From: Scyliorhinus canicula
Taxonomy: Eukaryota
Assembly (NCBI RefSeq): GCF_902713615.1
Contig: NC_052147.1
Location: forward strand, 140,991,885 to 141,055,884
Direction: 5' to 3'
DNA length: 64,000 nucleotides
Of the stretch, positions 46,633 through 61,792 are shown one piece after another (position 1 is the stretch's first letter; every line of letters starts with the position of its first letter). The notes beneath the pieces were generated by a model, which worked only from the letters and a program-made list of their open reading frames with translations, made no database searches and was not told where the DNA came from. The position numbers and the translations under genes are program-made.

Positions 46633-47072
46633 AGGCTGGATTCTCCATTCCTGAGGCTAAGTGCCGACCCAAACGGAGAATCCCCAGGCCGCGCATGTGC
46701 AGGGCTGACTAGCTACAGCCACGCACGCCTAGACCACCTCCACCCATGCACCGGTCACGTCGGAAAACATGGCTCCGCCATGCTAGACCGCCTACCCCCG
46801 CCACCCTGACCCCACAGCCCACCTCCTGGCTGCACCCACCATTCCCCCCAGCCCTAGCAGAAGCCCCCCTCCCCAGCCAGCGGCACGGATCTCAGCCGAG
46901 TGTGATGGTGTGGGCTGCCTAATGGCAGCGCGCAGCCCAATGACGCCAGTTTTGAGGGGTGGAGCATCGCAAACCGGTGTCAAACCAATGCCTTTCCGAT
47001 TCTGGAGTTGGGAGCCATTCTCCGCCCGATCGCGTACTCGATTTTGGCGTTGGGCTAGAGAGAATCCCGCCC
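46633..47072. mobile_element. Harbinger/PIF-like MITE
   Basis: Imperfect 14-bp TIRs AGGCTGGATTCTCC and AGAGAATCCCGCCC, with a 3-bp TSD AAG. Confidence 0.7.
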
Positions 47073-47147
47073 AAGGCCTTTGATGCAGATTGAAAAGTAT
47101 TGTTGAAATACACATAGCCCTTCAGTTAGAATACCTGAAGAAACTGA

Positions 47148-47384
<237 letters not shown>

Positions 47385-48287
47385 TAGTTGCAGTGGTGGC
47401 ATTTTGCCTTCAGAAGCCACATAGTTGAATACCGTGGCATTTCAGGGGTCACAAATGTATATAATTATTAAAATCCTCCCATCTCGGGTGGCACGGTGAC
47501 TCAGTGGTTAGCACTGCTGCCTACGGCGCCGAGGACCCAGATTCGATCCCAGACCTGGATCACTGCCCGTGTGGAGTTTGGACATTCTCCCTGTGTCTGC
47601 GTGGGTTTCACCCCCACACCTCAACGATGTGCAGGGTAGGTTGATTGGCCATGCTAAATTTCCCCTTAATTGGAAAAATTTAATTGGGTACTCTAAATTT
47701 GTTTTAAAACTTTTCATTTGGGCAGCACGGTGGTGCAGTGGTTAGCACTTCTATTTCACGACACCGAGGACCCGGATTCGATCCCAACCCCGGGTCACTG
47801 TCTGTGTGGAGCTTGCACATTCTCCCTGTGTCTGCGTGGTTCTCATCCCCACAACCTAAAGATGTGCAGGGTAGTTGGATTGTCTACACTAAATTGCCCT
47901 TTAATTGGAAAAAATCAATTGGGTACTGTAAATTTATTCTTTTTTAAATAAAAGAGAAAAAAAAGAAAAAGCCTTTCCATCTGCATACATTTCCTGTCAA
48001 CTCAGTGTTTCAATTTATAATGGAAACTGCTTACGTAAATGTGTTGTGCTGTAATTATACTCACCACCAATGGAGGTGCTGTAATAGTATTACAAATTTA
48101 CCTCAGCAGAAAAGGCATGAAATGGGAAATTAAACCATGCAGGCAGGAAGAAGATGCAGTTATTGTATTTTAAATTGCCAGACTCAGTCTAATAGTTCCA
48201 GCCATTCGATTTGTGTTCCCTACATTACTTGTTGACTGTTGCCATTTCTATTTCATATTTCATGTGCAATAATTGCAATTGGTGTAG

Positions 48288-48419
<132 letters not shown>

Positions 48420-49604
48420 TAACTGCACCCAGACACTTTATGAACACACTGCCTACTGTTGTACACATCCTTATAGACCAGGAGGTCTGTGAAAATGTAG
48501 TTGATGTCAAATGGGGCAAGAAATGGGCCCTAACTGTAAGGTGTTGACTGTGGATCAGTGTTGGCATTTATTCCTCTGAAATCCCCCTGCAGTCTGGAAT
48601 ACAACATGTACGCTGATACTCCGGTGCAGTACTGAGGGAGTGCTACTTTGTTAGAAGTGCCATCTTTCGGCTGCGATACTAAAACAATGGCCCATCTGCC
48701 TTTTTTTTTTAAAAATTCCAATTAAGGAGCAATTTAGCGTGGCTAACCCACCTACCCTCACATCTTTGGGTTGTGGGGATGAGACCCACACAGACACAGG
48801 GAGAACGCGTAAACTCCACACGGACAGTGACCCGAGGCCGGGATTGAACCCGGGTTCTCGGTGCCGTGATGCAGCAGTGCTAACCACTGCCCCACTGTGC
48901 CGCCCCCATCTGCCTGTTCAGATGGATATGAAAGATCCCAGGGCACTATTTTGAAGAGCAGGTGGCCTAAAAATATTAATCCCTTAATTTAGCGAATGCC
49001 ATTAAAATAAATTGATCACTTTCCCTTCTGGGAGCACAAATTGGCTGCCATATTTTCCACATTATAACAGAGACTCCAATACTTCATTGGCTGTGAACTG
49101 TTTTGGAATATCATGTGATCATGAAAAGCGATCCATAAATATTGTTCTTCCTTTTACAATAGTTTCTGCATCTCAGTATTAGGGATGTATCAAAAATCAT
49201 GAATGAACTCGAGCTATTTTTCTTGACCATTAGACTTTGTAGCCTTAGGACACAAACCTGCACACAAGCAGAAAAAAATACACTGCAATTTCTGTGGAGT
49301 AATTTTGCATTGTCAGGAAACATCTAATTTTCAATTTTCTGTCTGAATAAGAAATTTGTCATCCATGGCCCAATCATAACAAAACATGCACCTCACAATT
49401 GTTGCAGCTCAGACACTGTACTTAGTGTGATCATGGGCGGCAGAGTTGGAAGGAGGAGGTACGTGGTTCCTGCATTTGCAACCTGTGCAATACCTGAAGG
49501 GGAATCCTTGTTAGTTACGGGCATTGTGAAAAATGGGGAACTGTCCAATTTCCCTTCACTTTTCTGAACACAAACAATCATACAGATGAAAAATGTAACT
49601 CTAA

Positions 49605-49880
<276 letters not shown>

Positions 49881-50030
49881 TAAATTTGGAGTACCCACTT
49901 ATTTTTTTTCCAATTAAGGGGCCATTTAGCTCGGCCAATCCACCTAACCTGCACATTTTTAGGTTGGGAAGGTGAAACCCACGCAGACACCGGAGAATGT
50001 GCAAACCCCATGCAGTAAGTGATCCGGGGC

Positions 50031-50790
50031 CCTGTCCAAACCCAAACCGCCCCAGTACCTTCCACAAATACTCCCACTCCAGCCGGTCGAATAGCGACCA
50101 TTACCTCTGCCTCCCTCCCCTCGGAGGGCATCATGATTACATTCAAAAGCCTCCGGACGTTGGCCGTTAACTGCCTGCCTTTGACCAATCCCGTCTGGTC
50201 CTTCCCTATCACCACTGGTACACAATCCGCTATTCGCGAAGCCAAAATCTTGGCCAGCATTTTGGCTTTAAAATTTAGTAGGAAGATTGGTCTGTATGAC
50301 CCGCATTGTTCTTGGTCCTTCTCCCTCTTCAGGATCAATGAGATCGAAGCCTGTGACATTGTCGGGGGAACAACACTCAGCTTCCCTGCCTCGTTAAATG
50401 CCCTCACCAGCAGTGGACCCAGCACCCTAGAAAACATCTTATGAAATTCCACTGGGTAACCGTCCGGTCCCAGGGCCTTGCCCGACTGCATAGCCTCCAA
50501 TCCCTCTACTACACAATCCCGATCGGGGCACCCAGCCCCTCCACCAACCCTTCCTCCAACTTCGGAAACTCCAAACCCTCCAAAAATTGCCTCATCCCCC
50601 TCCACCCCAGCAGGAGGCTCCAACTCATACAACCGACTGTAAAATTCTTTGAACACCCCATTCACCCCGCTGGGTCCAAGACCTGTGTTTCCCCCCTCCA
50701 TCCTTCACTCTTCCTCTCTCCCTGGCCGCCTCCCTCTAACTGAGCTGGTGTGCGAGCATCCTACTGGCCTTCTCCCCATACTCATATACC

Positions 50791-50823
<33 letters not shown>

Positions 50824-53338
50824 GCCTTCCTCAGCTGCCCCACCGCCGTCCCTGTTGATGTCAGCTCAAACTCCATCTGCAGCTTCAGCCGCTCCTTCAA
50901 CAGTCCCGCCTCCGGGCTTCCGAGTATCTTCTATCGACCTGGAGGATCTCGCTAACCAGCCTATCGATCTCTGCCCATTCCACCATCTCCCTATGAGCCC
51001 ATATCGAAATCAGCTCCCCGCTAACTACTGCCTTCAGCGCCTCCCATACCATTGCCGTTGAAACCTCCCCTGTGTCATTCATCTCCAAATAATTTTGGAT
51101 GGCCTCCCTCACCCGCCTGCATACTTCCTCATCCACTAACTGTCCTACATCCAATCTCCATTGCGGGCACTGGCTCCCCTCCTTGCTCACCCGTAAATCC
51201 ACCCAGTGTGGGGCATGGTCCCACACAACAATCGCCGAATACACAGCATCCACCAACCCTGCCAGGAAGGCCCTATTCAAAACGACAAAATCAATCCGGG
51301 TTGTGTACGGGAGAAAAAAGAAAATTCCTTCGCCCTTGGTCATCCGAACCTCCACGGATCTACCCCTCCCATCTGTTCCATAACCCCTTTAGCTCCTTCG
51401 CCATGGCTGACACCCTCCCTATCCTCGAACTCGACCGATCCAGCCTCGGATCTATAACCGTATTAAAGTACCCCCGCCATGATCAGCCTATGTGAATCCA
51501 GGTCTGGGATCTTGACCAGCACCCGCCTCATAAACTCCACGTCGTCCCAGTTTGGTGCATAAATGTTCACTAATACCAATGGCATCCACTCCAGCTTCCC
51601 ACTCACCATAACGTGCCTGCCACCCGAATCTGCCACTATGCTCCCTACTTCGAATGACACCAGCTTATTGATCACGATCGCTACCCCCCCCCCCAATTTT
51701 TAGAATCCAGCCCGAATGAAATACCTGCCCGACTCACCCCTTCCTCGGCCTAGTCTGATCCACTACCCTCGGGTGTGTCTCCTGTAGCATTGCCACGTCC
51801 GCCTTCAAACTCTTCAAATGCACGAACACGCGAGCCCTCTTGACCGGCCCATTCAGCCCTCTCGCTTACAAGTGATCAGCCTTGTTGGGGGACACAGCCC
51901 CCACCCTGCCAATCAACCATCTCCATTCTTAGGCCAGCCCTCATCCCACGCCTCCTCAGGCCAGCCCTCGGACGCCTACCGTCATCGACCTCCAATTTGT
52001 CTCCACGGTGCCAGTCCCTCCCCTGACAGCAGAATAATCCGCCCCCCCCCTCCCCGGCCAAATAACAAAATAACCATCCCAACCCCCCTCAACAAACCTG
52101 CTCGCCCCCCACTGCGCTTCTGTGAGCTAGCCCACCTTGTAGCCCCCCCCCCCCCCCCCTCCACTCAAACATACATATGTAAACATTACAAACCCCGACA
52201 AACACAAAGAAGAAAATTCCATCCCCCATTAAGAACAAAGATAACTCGCATACAAAACCGAGCTATGGCCCAAACCTTAGTGCAAAACAACACATACAAA
52301 ACCCAAAAAGAAATTTAGCAGCATAATATGGACACAATTACTTGCCCCCAAGTTCCATGTCCCCCATCACCTGCCAGTCCCCTGTCCTTAACAAAGTTCA
52401 CCGCCTCATCTGGCGATCCAAAATTAAGTTCTTGGCCCTCAAAAGTGACCCACAAACTAGCTGGGTACAGCATTTAAAGAGGGGCGATTTCACTTTATCG
52501 AAACTCGCCTTTCTTTTGGCCACATCCGCACCCAAGTCCTGGTAAATATGCAGCTCGCTCGCTTGCCATTTGCAGCTCCTCGTCTGTCTGGCCCACCTCA
52601 AGATCTGTTCCTTGTCCAGACACCGGTGTATTCGTACCACCGTCGCCCTCGGTGACTCATTCCTCAGCGGCTTCCTCATCAGCACTCAGTGCACCCTGTC
52701 CATTTCCAAAGGTCGAGTAAACGCACCTTCCCCCAGCAGCTTCTCTAACATACGCGCCACATATGCCCCAATATCCAATCCCTCGCTGCCCTCCGGGATG
52801 CCAACGATCCTCAAGTTCTGCCCTCGTGACCTGTTTTCCAGATCCTCCACTTTCTCTTGCAGCCTTTTCTGGTGGTCTTTCAACAGTCCCATCTCCACCG
52901 CCATTGCGGCTAGCTGGTCATCATACTCAGCAACCACCTCTTCCACCTTCTTAATTCCCTGGCCCTGGGCTTCCAATCTCCGCTCCACACGGTCAATCCC
53001 CATCATAATTGGATTCAGATACTCTTTTCTTTGCTGAGCAAAGCTCTCCTGGAGAAAGTCCACCAGCTGCTCCGTTGACCACTGGGCCGGCAATTGCGGT
53101 CCCTGACCCTCCGCCATATTTTTCGGTGCTGCAGACTCCCCTCCCTTTTTTGACCAACGATCTCTCCTTTTCAGACCACTCCTGGTCCACAAATTCAAAC
53201 ACTGATGGGGAATTCTTCTCCTCTACCTCGCCAATCTCCTGTTTTGACGATCAAATCCCCCATGCACCAGGGGAAAAGGTCCCAAAGGTCCACCACAAGC
53301 GGGAACCACCAAATACCATGGCCGCCACCGGAAGTCCC
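50031..53338 (-). mobile_element. L1-clade LINE, 5' intact, 3' half missing, decayed (NDUFS1 intron 8)
   Basis: 5' end GGGACTTCCGGTGGCGGC; ORF1 (ENRSRGQNLRIVGIPEG, IYQD); APE (IYAPNWDD); RT N-terminal part (KALGPDG, YRPIFLLN). Confidence 0.92.
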
Positions 53339-53665
53339 TCCATATATCATTCTTGAGAGTTGAAATTTCACCTTCACACGTGAACATGTCAGTGAGTTGT
53401 ATACCACCTACAGTGGCATGGGAAACCTCAAGATTGGGAATTAACGTAAAGAATCCAACCGTAGTGAAAGCATCAAAATGATATGGTGGTCTATCTGACT
53501 GTGGTGTTGTGTATAGTTTCACTACGATACGTTGTGTTTGCAGGACCTGTTTAAGAATAAGGTGTGTTTGGTGAGCTTAGTGCTCCAGTCTTGTCACGGT
53601 TCCTCAACCCAAAATGCCCACAGATAAGGATGCAGACTGCCAGTCTGTATTTACCTTTGTCATAA

Positions 53666-53815
<150 letters not shown>

Positions 53816-54359
53816 TGATGGATTTTAACTGGATGGGGTGTTTTATACAAAGTATTGCTCTTAAAATCCCCCACTTCTGAATTGACACGGATTAGGAAAC
53901 CTCATGTGAAAAAGTGAGGTGGAAGAACAATCTCACCCCTTCCAGGTGACAGGATGACTCAAGTGTAACACCCTCGACTCTGAGCCAGAAGGTGGTGGGT
54001 TCAGGTCTCACTATAGAGACTTGAGCACAAAATCTGACTAACATGTCATCACGGTACTGAGAATACGTGCACTGTGGGAGGTGCCACCTTTCAGGTGGAA
54101 CATTAAACCAAATCCCCTCCCTCTCAGGTGGATGTAAAATATTTAATGGCATATTCCAAAGAAAGGAGTTCTCCCTCATATTCTGGCCAACATTGCACTC
54201 TCAACTACAACTGAAAACAGAGTATCTGGTCATTGTATTGTTCTTTGTCTGAGCTTGATGTGCACAAATTGGCTGCACAATGACTACACTTCAAAAGAAC
54301 TTAATTGTCTGTAAAGCTCTTTCTGGCCCATGCAGAGGAACCTGACATTTGTTAGACTA

Positions 54360-54770
54360 TTGAATCATACATAGTAGCATAGAACCAAGCGATACAGCCC
54401 ATTGAGACAATGGTGACTCTTTCAAAGAGCATTCCAATCAGTCCCACTTACTTCCACCTTCCCCATATCCCTGCAATTCTTTTCTCCCTCATGTTTTTAC
54501 CAAATTCCCTTTTGGAAATTACAACCGAATCTGTGACCAGTGCATTCCAAATCCTGACCACTCGCTGGGCAATAGAATTTCCTCATGTCGTCTCTAGTTC
54601 TTTTGTCAATTATTTTAAATCTCTGCCCTCTAGTTATTGACTCTTCAGCCATTGTAAACAGTTTGTCTTGGTTGGCTCTATCTAAATTCTTCATGATTTT
54701 GAACACCTCTGTTAAATCCTCTCAAGAACAACTCCACTACTCCAGCGTGTCCACATGACACCAATCCCTC
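54360..54770 (-). mobile_element. CR1-type LINE 3' fragment
   Basis: FKIMKNLDR...TRGQRFK remnant. Confidence 0.65.
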
Positions 54771-55036
54771 TGCTCTCGAACCATGCGGCTGAATGGGTAG
54801 TATACAATTATTGGTAATTTTGCATGGTATTGGGTTAACGTGATGCAGTGGTTAACATAAATCTTATTCAATACAGGTAATGCATAACAGTAAAGGAATG
54901 AAGAAACATGAAATGAGCAGCAAACTTCTCTGCTCTCAGTTCTTTGATACACTGATCTGATTTTTGTCAGGATCTTATTGATTTATTTAATTTGAAAATG
55001 GATGTCATTTTTAACTTTACCTGTCCTGCTCTGCAG

Positions 55037-55151
55037 GTTTGCATACGATGGCCTTAAGCGTCAGCGCTTAATTGTTCCCATGGTCAGGGGTTCTAAAGGG
55101 CAGCTGGTATCTGCATCCTGGGAAGAGGCATTAACACAAATTGCTGAAGCG
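55037..55151 (+). CDS. NDUFS1: NDUFS1 exon 10: FAYDGLKRQRLIVPMVRGSKGQLVSASWEEALTQIAEA
   Basis: AG/GT bounded, 115 nt. Confidence 0.97.
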
Positions 55152-56811
55152 GTAAGAAACTGCTGCGTGTTACATTGATCTGAACCTGTTCATCAAACAT
55201 TGTGGTGTGGTAGATTGAAGATGATGTTCTGGAATGGAGAACACTGCAATTGATCCGACAGAAACTCTACATATTATTCTTGTATCAAATGCCTCTCTTG
55301 CCTCATCCTTTCCTATCTTGTAGCCTACCCAACCCCACAGTTCGTCGAGACCCAACATGACAATAGTTCTCATATTGATGTATCCACAGATCCTTGCAGG
55401 TCAATGGACACTTTTCAGGGCTGGCTGCTGAGGGGTGCCGTGGTCAGGAGTAACCCAAGGACTGGCAGCCAGAGGCATGTTTTGCTTCCATTGGGCTACT
55501 GCTGTACCCTGACATTCTCTCTGGGTCCCTGCTCTCTTACAACTTCTCCAGGGTTCTCTAGTCTCTTATGTCTGTATCCCTGCCATGGATAGGCAGTCTC
55601 TGTAGTGAAAGCTGGTAAACGCATCTTCCTGGTGTCTGTTTCATAAAAGCGTTATGAAGAAACTTTATGTTCAACACTCCCAATATTATGATTCTTAAAT
55701 ACTGTTAGAATTTAAATGGGGATTCATGATTGCTAATCCATTTCAAATGAGGTCCTTCAAGCCAAAACATTTGATAAGCGCTTCTCCACGTTATCCAATT
55801 CTGGCCTCTTGAGCATTCCCGATTTCTGTCACTTCAGCTCTGGAGGCTATGCCTTCAAATCGTCCAATCTCTGGAAGTATGTGCAGAGGAGAAGTCCTCT
55901 TCCAAGATCAAACATGGTACAGTAAACGGCTTAATTTCCCCCATCTTTCTGGCCTACCCTCAGGTATTCAAATATCCCAGTGGATACACCTGTCACCACC
56001 AGTTGCTAGTTATTGCCCAGTCCTGAACCAGAGAAGGGTGAAGAGGGCTTGGGTGGTGAGTGATTGGGGAAGTATGTAATGGTACTACTGTGTGAATGTA
56101 TGAAACAAGCCTGCTGACATGTCTGAGTACACCACTTTTATTCAGATACAATCAGCAAACTCTTTCGTTAAAACCAATTTGCATTGATCTGAATGAGCAG
56201 AGCGCTGTCACACGGTCAGCTGCATGCTTTCGGCAAAGGCAGAAGAGTTTTCCATCTGGATGGACAGAACCACGGCTATTCTTGCTGAACACAAGATTTT
56301 AAAAGAAAAATAAAGTGAAGATTTAATAGATCTAAAATTGCGACACCTTTTTTGGTATTTGGTAGGATAGATTGGGAGAAGCTGTTTCCACAGGTCTGAA
56401 GGTTGTTTATCAGAGAACATAATTTTTTTTAAAGTCTATTTATTGGTTTTGCATTTATAATAACATTTCACACCGACAATAATTTTAAGATAATTGGCAG
56501 GGAGAAACAGCGGTGTTTATTTTTATTCAGCCAGCGAGTTGTTCTGATTTGGAATGCGCTGCCTGACAGGGTAGTGGAAACAGATTCAAAAGTAACATTC
56601 AAACAGAATCACAAATGTACTCGGAAAGGAGAAGCTGCAATGTTATGGGGAAAGAGCAAGGGATGGGATTAATTGGATAGCTCTTTCAAAGCTGTCGCCC
56701 AAGTGTGCTGGGCTGAATGGCCTCCTGTGCTGTATGATTCTATGAAATCCAGAATGCTTTTCCTTCCCACACCCAGCCCTGACTATTTAAATATTAATAT
56801 TGTGGCTGCAG

Positions 56812-56957
56812 TTGCAGGGAGTGGATGCTAAAGGTGTGGCCGCTATTGCTGGAGGAATGGCTGACGCCGAGGCTCTTGTGGCCCTGAAGGACTTCGTCAA
56901 CGGGTTAAACAGTGACGCACTGTGCACAGAGGAGATCTTCCCGATGGCCGGAGCTGG
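56812..56957 (+). CDS. NDUFS1: NDUFS1 exon 11: [48 protein letters not shown](G)
   Basis: AG/GT bounded, 146 nt. Confidence 0.95.
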
Positions 56958-59635
56958 GTAAGATTGCAGTTGCACTGCATTGGAGCATACAGCACTGACC
57001 TGATAACAAATCCAAAATGGTTTGGCACAAGTGCATTGTTCGTCTTTCTGATGTTTCATAGTTACCGAGTGTTCTTAAGTTTTAAGTTTATCAAAAAGAA
57101 AAGGCCTTTCAAAGTGTCTTTTCAAAATCACTGGATTTCCCGAAGTGTTCTCCAACCAATGAAGTGTGCTCACTGCAGTGATGTTGGAAATGGAACAGTG
57201 GAAAGTTACCTCCCTCCAATGACAAGAATTGGTTACTACCTTGTCAGTTTATGGTCGCTCCCTATTCACGGGACCAGCTGTTCCCTGATATATTTTGTGT
57301 GAATGTATCTGGGACGGTGGGGTGAGGAGATGTGAAGCTGAACTTCAGCTCACAAGTTAAAGGAGAATGTGTATCAGTTATGCTGTAACAATGCAGGGGT
57401 TCTGCTGCTGGTTGCCTGCCAAGAAAGGAGCAGATCATGACTGAAGTCACCTGACTGTGCAATTGTCAGCTCAGATCCAATGCCATTTCAGCCCCCTCTC
57501 TCCTGACTGATGTAGATCTACTGACCTGTTCCAAATGGGAGGCAAGTGATTTACAAGGTCGGCTTTGTGAATCTCTAAAGTTATCCACAGAACTTTCTGT
57601 CTGGGGGAAGCAGGCATGTAGACTTGTGCTGCTGTGCAGCATGACCCAGAATTACAAGAGTTACTCTGAGGCTTCATTTTTCATGCTGTTATTTTCCACC
57701 CCCTTCCTGCCCTGCTGGGAGTAGCAATTTGACAAGTGAAGAACTCCAGGATCCGACCTGCATCCAACAACCATCCCATCCATGCACTGGCACATTGATG
57801 GACTGCTTCTCCTTACCGTCAGATGCTGTTGAGTCGAAGTGTCAGTTGATGACACTCTTGCATCTGAGTCAGAAGGTTAAGAAGAACATAAGAACAAGCA
57901 GCAGGAGTAGGCCATCTGGCCCCTCAATCCTGCTCCGCCATTTAATAAGACCATGGCTGATCTTTTTGTGGGCTCAGCTCCACTTACCCGCCCGCTCATC
58001 ATAACACTCAATTTTTTAAAATAATAATCTTCATTATTATCACAAGTAGGCTTACATTAACACTGCAATGAAGTTACTGTGAAAATCCCTAGTCACCACG
58101 TACCGGTGCCTGTTTGGCTACGCTCATGGAGAATTCGGAATGTCCAATTCATCTAACTAGCGCGTCTTTTGGGACTTGTGAGAGGAAATCAGAGCACCTG
58201 GAAGAACATGCAGATTGCGCACAGACAGTAACTCAAACCGGGAATCAAACCCGGGTTCTGTGAAGCAACAGTGCTAGCCATTGTGCTACCTTTAGAATAA
58301 TAGAATTTACAGTGCAGAAGGAGACCATTCGGCCCATCGAGTCTGCACTGGCCCTGACAAAGAGCACCCTACTGAAGCCCATGTATCTACCCTATCCCCG
58401 CAACCCTATAACCCCCACTTAACATTTTTTGGACACTACGGGCAATTTTGCATGGACCATCCACCTAACCCGCACATCTTTGGGCTGTGGGAGGAAACCG
58501 GAGCACCCAGAGGAAACCCACGCAGACACTGGGAGAACGTGCAGACTCTGCACAGACAGTGACCCAGCCAGGAATCAAACCTGGGACCCTGGCGCTGTGA
58601 AGCAACTGTGCTAACCACTATGCTACCATGCTGCCCAAAATCTATATCTTTGCCTTAAAAACATTCAATGAGGTAGCCTCAACTGCATCACTGGGCAGGG
58701 AATTCCACAGATTTACAACCCTTGGATGAAGATCCTCAGGATGTTGGCGTCACTAGTTCGGCCAGCATTTATTGCCCATCCCTAATTGCCCTACAGAAGG
58801 CGATAGTTAGTTGCCTTCCTGAACTGTTGCAGTTCTTGAGTGTAGCACTACTGTACTATTAGGGAGGGGAGTTCCAGGGTGGTGCCCAGCGACAGTGAAG
58901 GAAAGTGATATATTTCCAGGTCAGGATAGTGAGTGACTTGGAGGGAACTTCCAGGTGGGGTGTTCCCAGGTATCTGCTGCTCTTGTCCTTCTAGATGGTA
59001 TGGGTTGTGGATTTGGAAGGTGCTTCTAAGGACCTTGTTGAATTACTGGCAGTGCATCGTGTAGATGGTACGCATGGCTGGCCACTGTTCGTCGGCGGTG
59101 AAGATTTGAAGGTTTGTGGAAGGGATAGTAATTAGCGGGCTGCTTTGTCCTGGATGGTGTCGAGCTTCTTGAGTGTTGTTGGTAATAATTGCTAGCATTG
59201 CCTGCATCCCAAGAATGAATAAATTGCAAACAAAATAACCAACCCGCCAGCAGGGTGCCAACCAGAGACTAAGGGAGGGTGAGTCACCTGGGGATGGTTG
59301 AGTGAGAGTTAAAGACAGTGTGGTGGAAACAGGCTTCTTTTTCCCTCGATTCCGAGGAGGGAGATAGACATAAGCTAATAGCTGTATAGAAAGGCTGTTT
59401 TATAAAAAGCTGATGGGGACATTTGACACAGGGACTGTTGGTAAGAAAAAGATGACCACTTAAAAGTGATCCTTTCTTTATAATGGAAAGGATAATCCTT
59501 TAGAACAATCTGCAGTGCCCAGTCATCTAAAGAGTGAGCACAATCAACATAATCTATGGGATGTTTATACAAGTAGAAAGTGAGGTGAAACCAAGTGTTT
59601 TCTTTCGTGTTTGATTTCCTTCTGTTTCCAAACAG

Positions 59636-59764
59636 CACCGATTTGCGCTCCAACTACTTGCTGAACACCAAAATCTCTGGAGTGGAGGAGGCTGATATCC
59701 TGCTGCTGGTCGGCACCAACCCACGCTATGAAGCCCCACTTTTCAATGTTCGAGTCAGAAAGAG
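59636..59764 (+). CDS. NDUFS1: NDUFS1 exon 12: [42 protein letters not shown](S)
   Basis: AG/GT bounded, 129 nt. Confidence 0.97.
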
Positions 59765-60730
59765 GTGAGATGTGAATGATCACTTAATTGGCAGAGGGCA
59801 GTGTGCATATACTGGGTGTAAATGGCTTCTGTTCTTGGTTTGTTAATGCTTCTCTGATTTTGTGCTTTATTTGTAGTTGGACCATGCTGAGATTTGCATA
59901 TGTAATTGCACTGAAATCAATTTTTGTCCAAGACACTGGAGCTATTTTGACATGATAATACAGTATTAGCTGTTGGACAGCATGGTGGCGCAGTGGTCAG
60001 CATTGCTGCTTCACAGAACCGAGGTTCCAGGTTCGACCCCGGCTCTAGGTCACTGTCCATGTGGAGTTTGCACATTCTCTCTGTGTTTGCGTGCTTTTCA
60101 CCCCACAACCCGAAGATGTGCAGGGCCACGCTAAATTGCCCCTTAATTGGAAAAAATGAATTGGGCACTCTAAATTTTTTAATTTTTTTTTAAGTGTTTT
60201 TAAAATAATATTAGCTGTGCATGTATACTCCAGCATTTACTTGAGGTTGGACCTAAGGATAGCAGCCCACAAAATAGTGTAGCTTTATCTCTGATATGAG
60301 CTGCGCTGTTTGATGCTCTGGGTGTAAGACTTTGCAAAAAATGGCGTTTGATCTGTACAGAATTAGCAGCTTTCAGTGGGGGTGCATTGATTCACCTTCC
60401 GTGTTCCCGAATGCCTGATTCCTATTGCTGTTCTCTGGGAACAGGATCAGAATCCATTTTGACTTCTCTTCCTTTATTCCTCTACAACACCCAGCATTTG
60501 AATATTTTGCAGACACTCGTTGTCAAGGCTAGCATGTGAATAGTAGCTTCTGGAATCTGAGGAAGCATGTTCTCACTTCAAAATATAATCACCTTCAAGT
60601 GAGATTGGAAGGAAAGTGGGAGAGAGTATCTTTGTTATCAGGTTGAGCAACTGCATATTTTCTAAATGTAAATGCAAGGTCAGCATTTTATCGCCTATCC
60701 CCAATTGCCTTTAAACTGAGTGGCCATTTC

Positions 60731-61792
60731 TTTTTTTTTTATATTTTAATTCTCCTTTTTCACATTTTCATCCAAATTTACACCCACCAACAAACAATCA
60801 ACGGTAACAAATACAATGTCAATCCCTTGTCCAACAATTCATTCCTCCCACCAACCCCCAAACAACCCTCAACATTTTAAATACAAACATCAAAGAAAAG
60901 GAATCAGGAATTCACCATCCACCCATACATAGTCACCAACACGTACACAGTCCAACCCCCATCCCCCCGCCGCCTTAATGTTCAACATCATCCAATTCTT
61001 GAAAGTGCAATAATAACAAAGCCCATGAATTGTAGAATCCTTCCCCTCAACTCAAACTTCACCTTCTCGAGTGTTAAAAACTCCAACAGATCCCCCCGCC
61101 ACGCCATGGTACAGGGTGGAGAAACTGACCTCCATCCAAACAGGATCCGCCTTCGAGTGATCAGCAAGGCAAAGGCTAAAACATCTGCCTCCGCACCTGC
61201 TTCCAATCCCGGTCGATCCGATACCCTGAATATGGCCTCCAGAGGGCTCAAGCCTCACATGTAGCACCTTGGAAATTACCCTGAACACCTCCCCCCAGTA
61301 CCCCTCCAACTTTGGACAGGACCAAAAGGTTCACAAATATCCACTACCCTCTCAAAGAGTCGGCTCATCCTCGCCTTTGTGAGTTGCACCCAGTACACCA
61401 CTTTCAGCTGTATCAGCCCCAACCTCACACACGAAGTTGAGGCATTCACCCTCCCTCACATTACAACCTCTCCTCAATGCCCCCTCCCAACTCTTCCTCG
61501 CACTTTGCTTAATCCCTTCCAGCGGCGCCTTCTCTTCCAGAATCGCTCCGTAAATCGCCGACACCACCGCATTCTCCATTCCCCCGTCGTCAGCACCTCC
61601 TCCAACAGTGTGGAGGACGGTGCTACTGGAAAGCTCTGTATCTCCTTCTTAGCGAAATCTCGGACCTGCATATATCTAAACATTTCCCCCTGCCCCAATC
61701 CATATTTCGCACTCAGCTCCATCTTTCCCACAAACCGGCTCCTGAGAAACAAATCCTTTAATGCCCTCACTCACTTCTCCTCCCATCTGCTG
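60731..61792 (-). mobile_element. 5'-truncated L1 3' fragment nested in an older repeat
   Basis: T-run at 60731-60740, ORF2 C-terminus (EKVKFELRG) and flanking direct repeat GGCCATTT (60722-60729 and 61793-61800). Confidence 0.85.
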
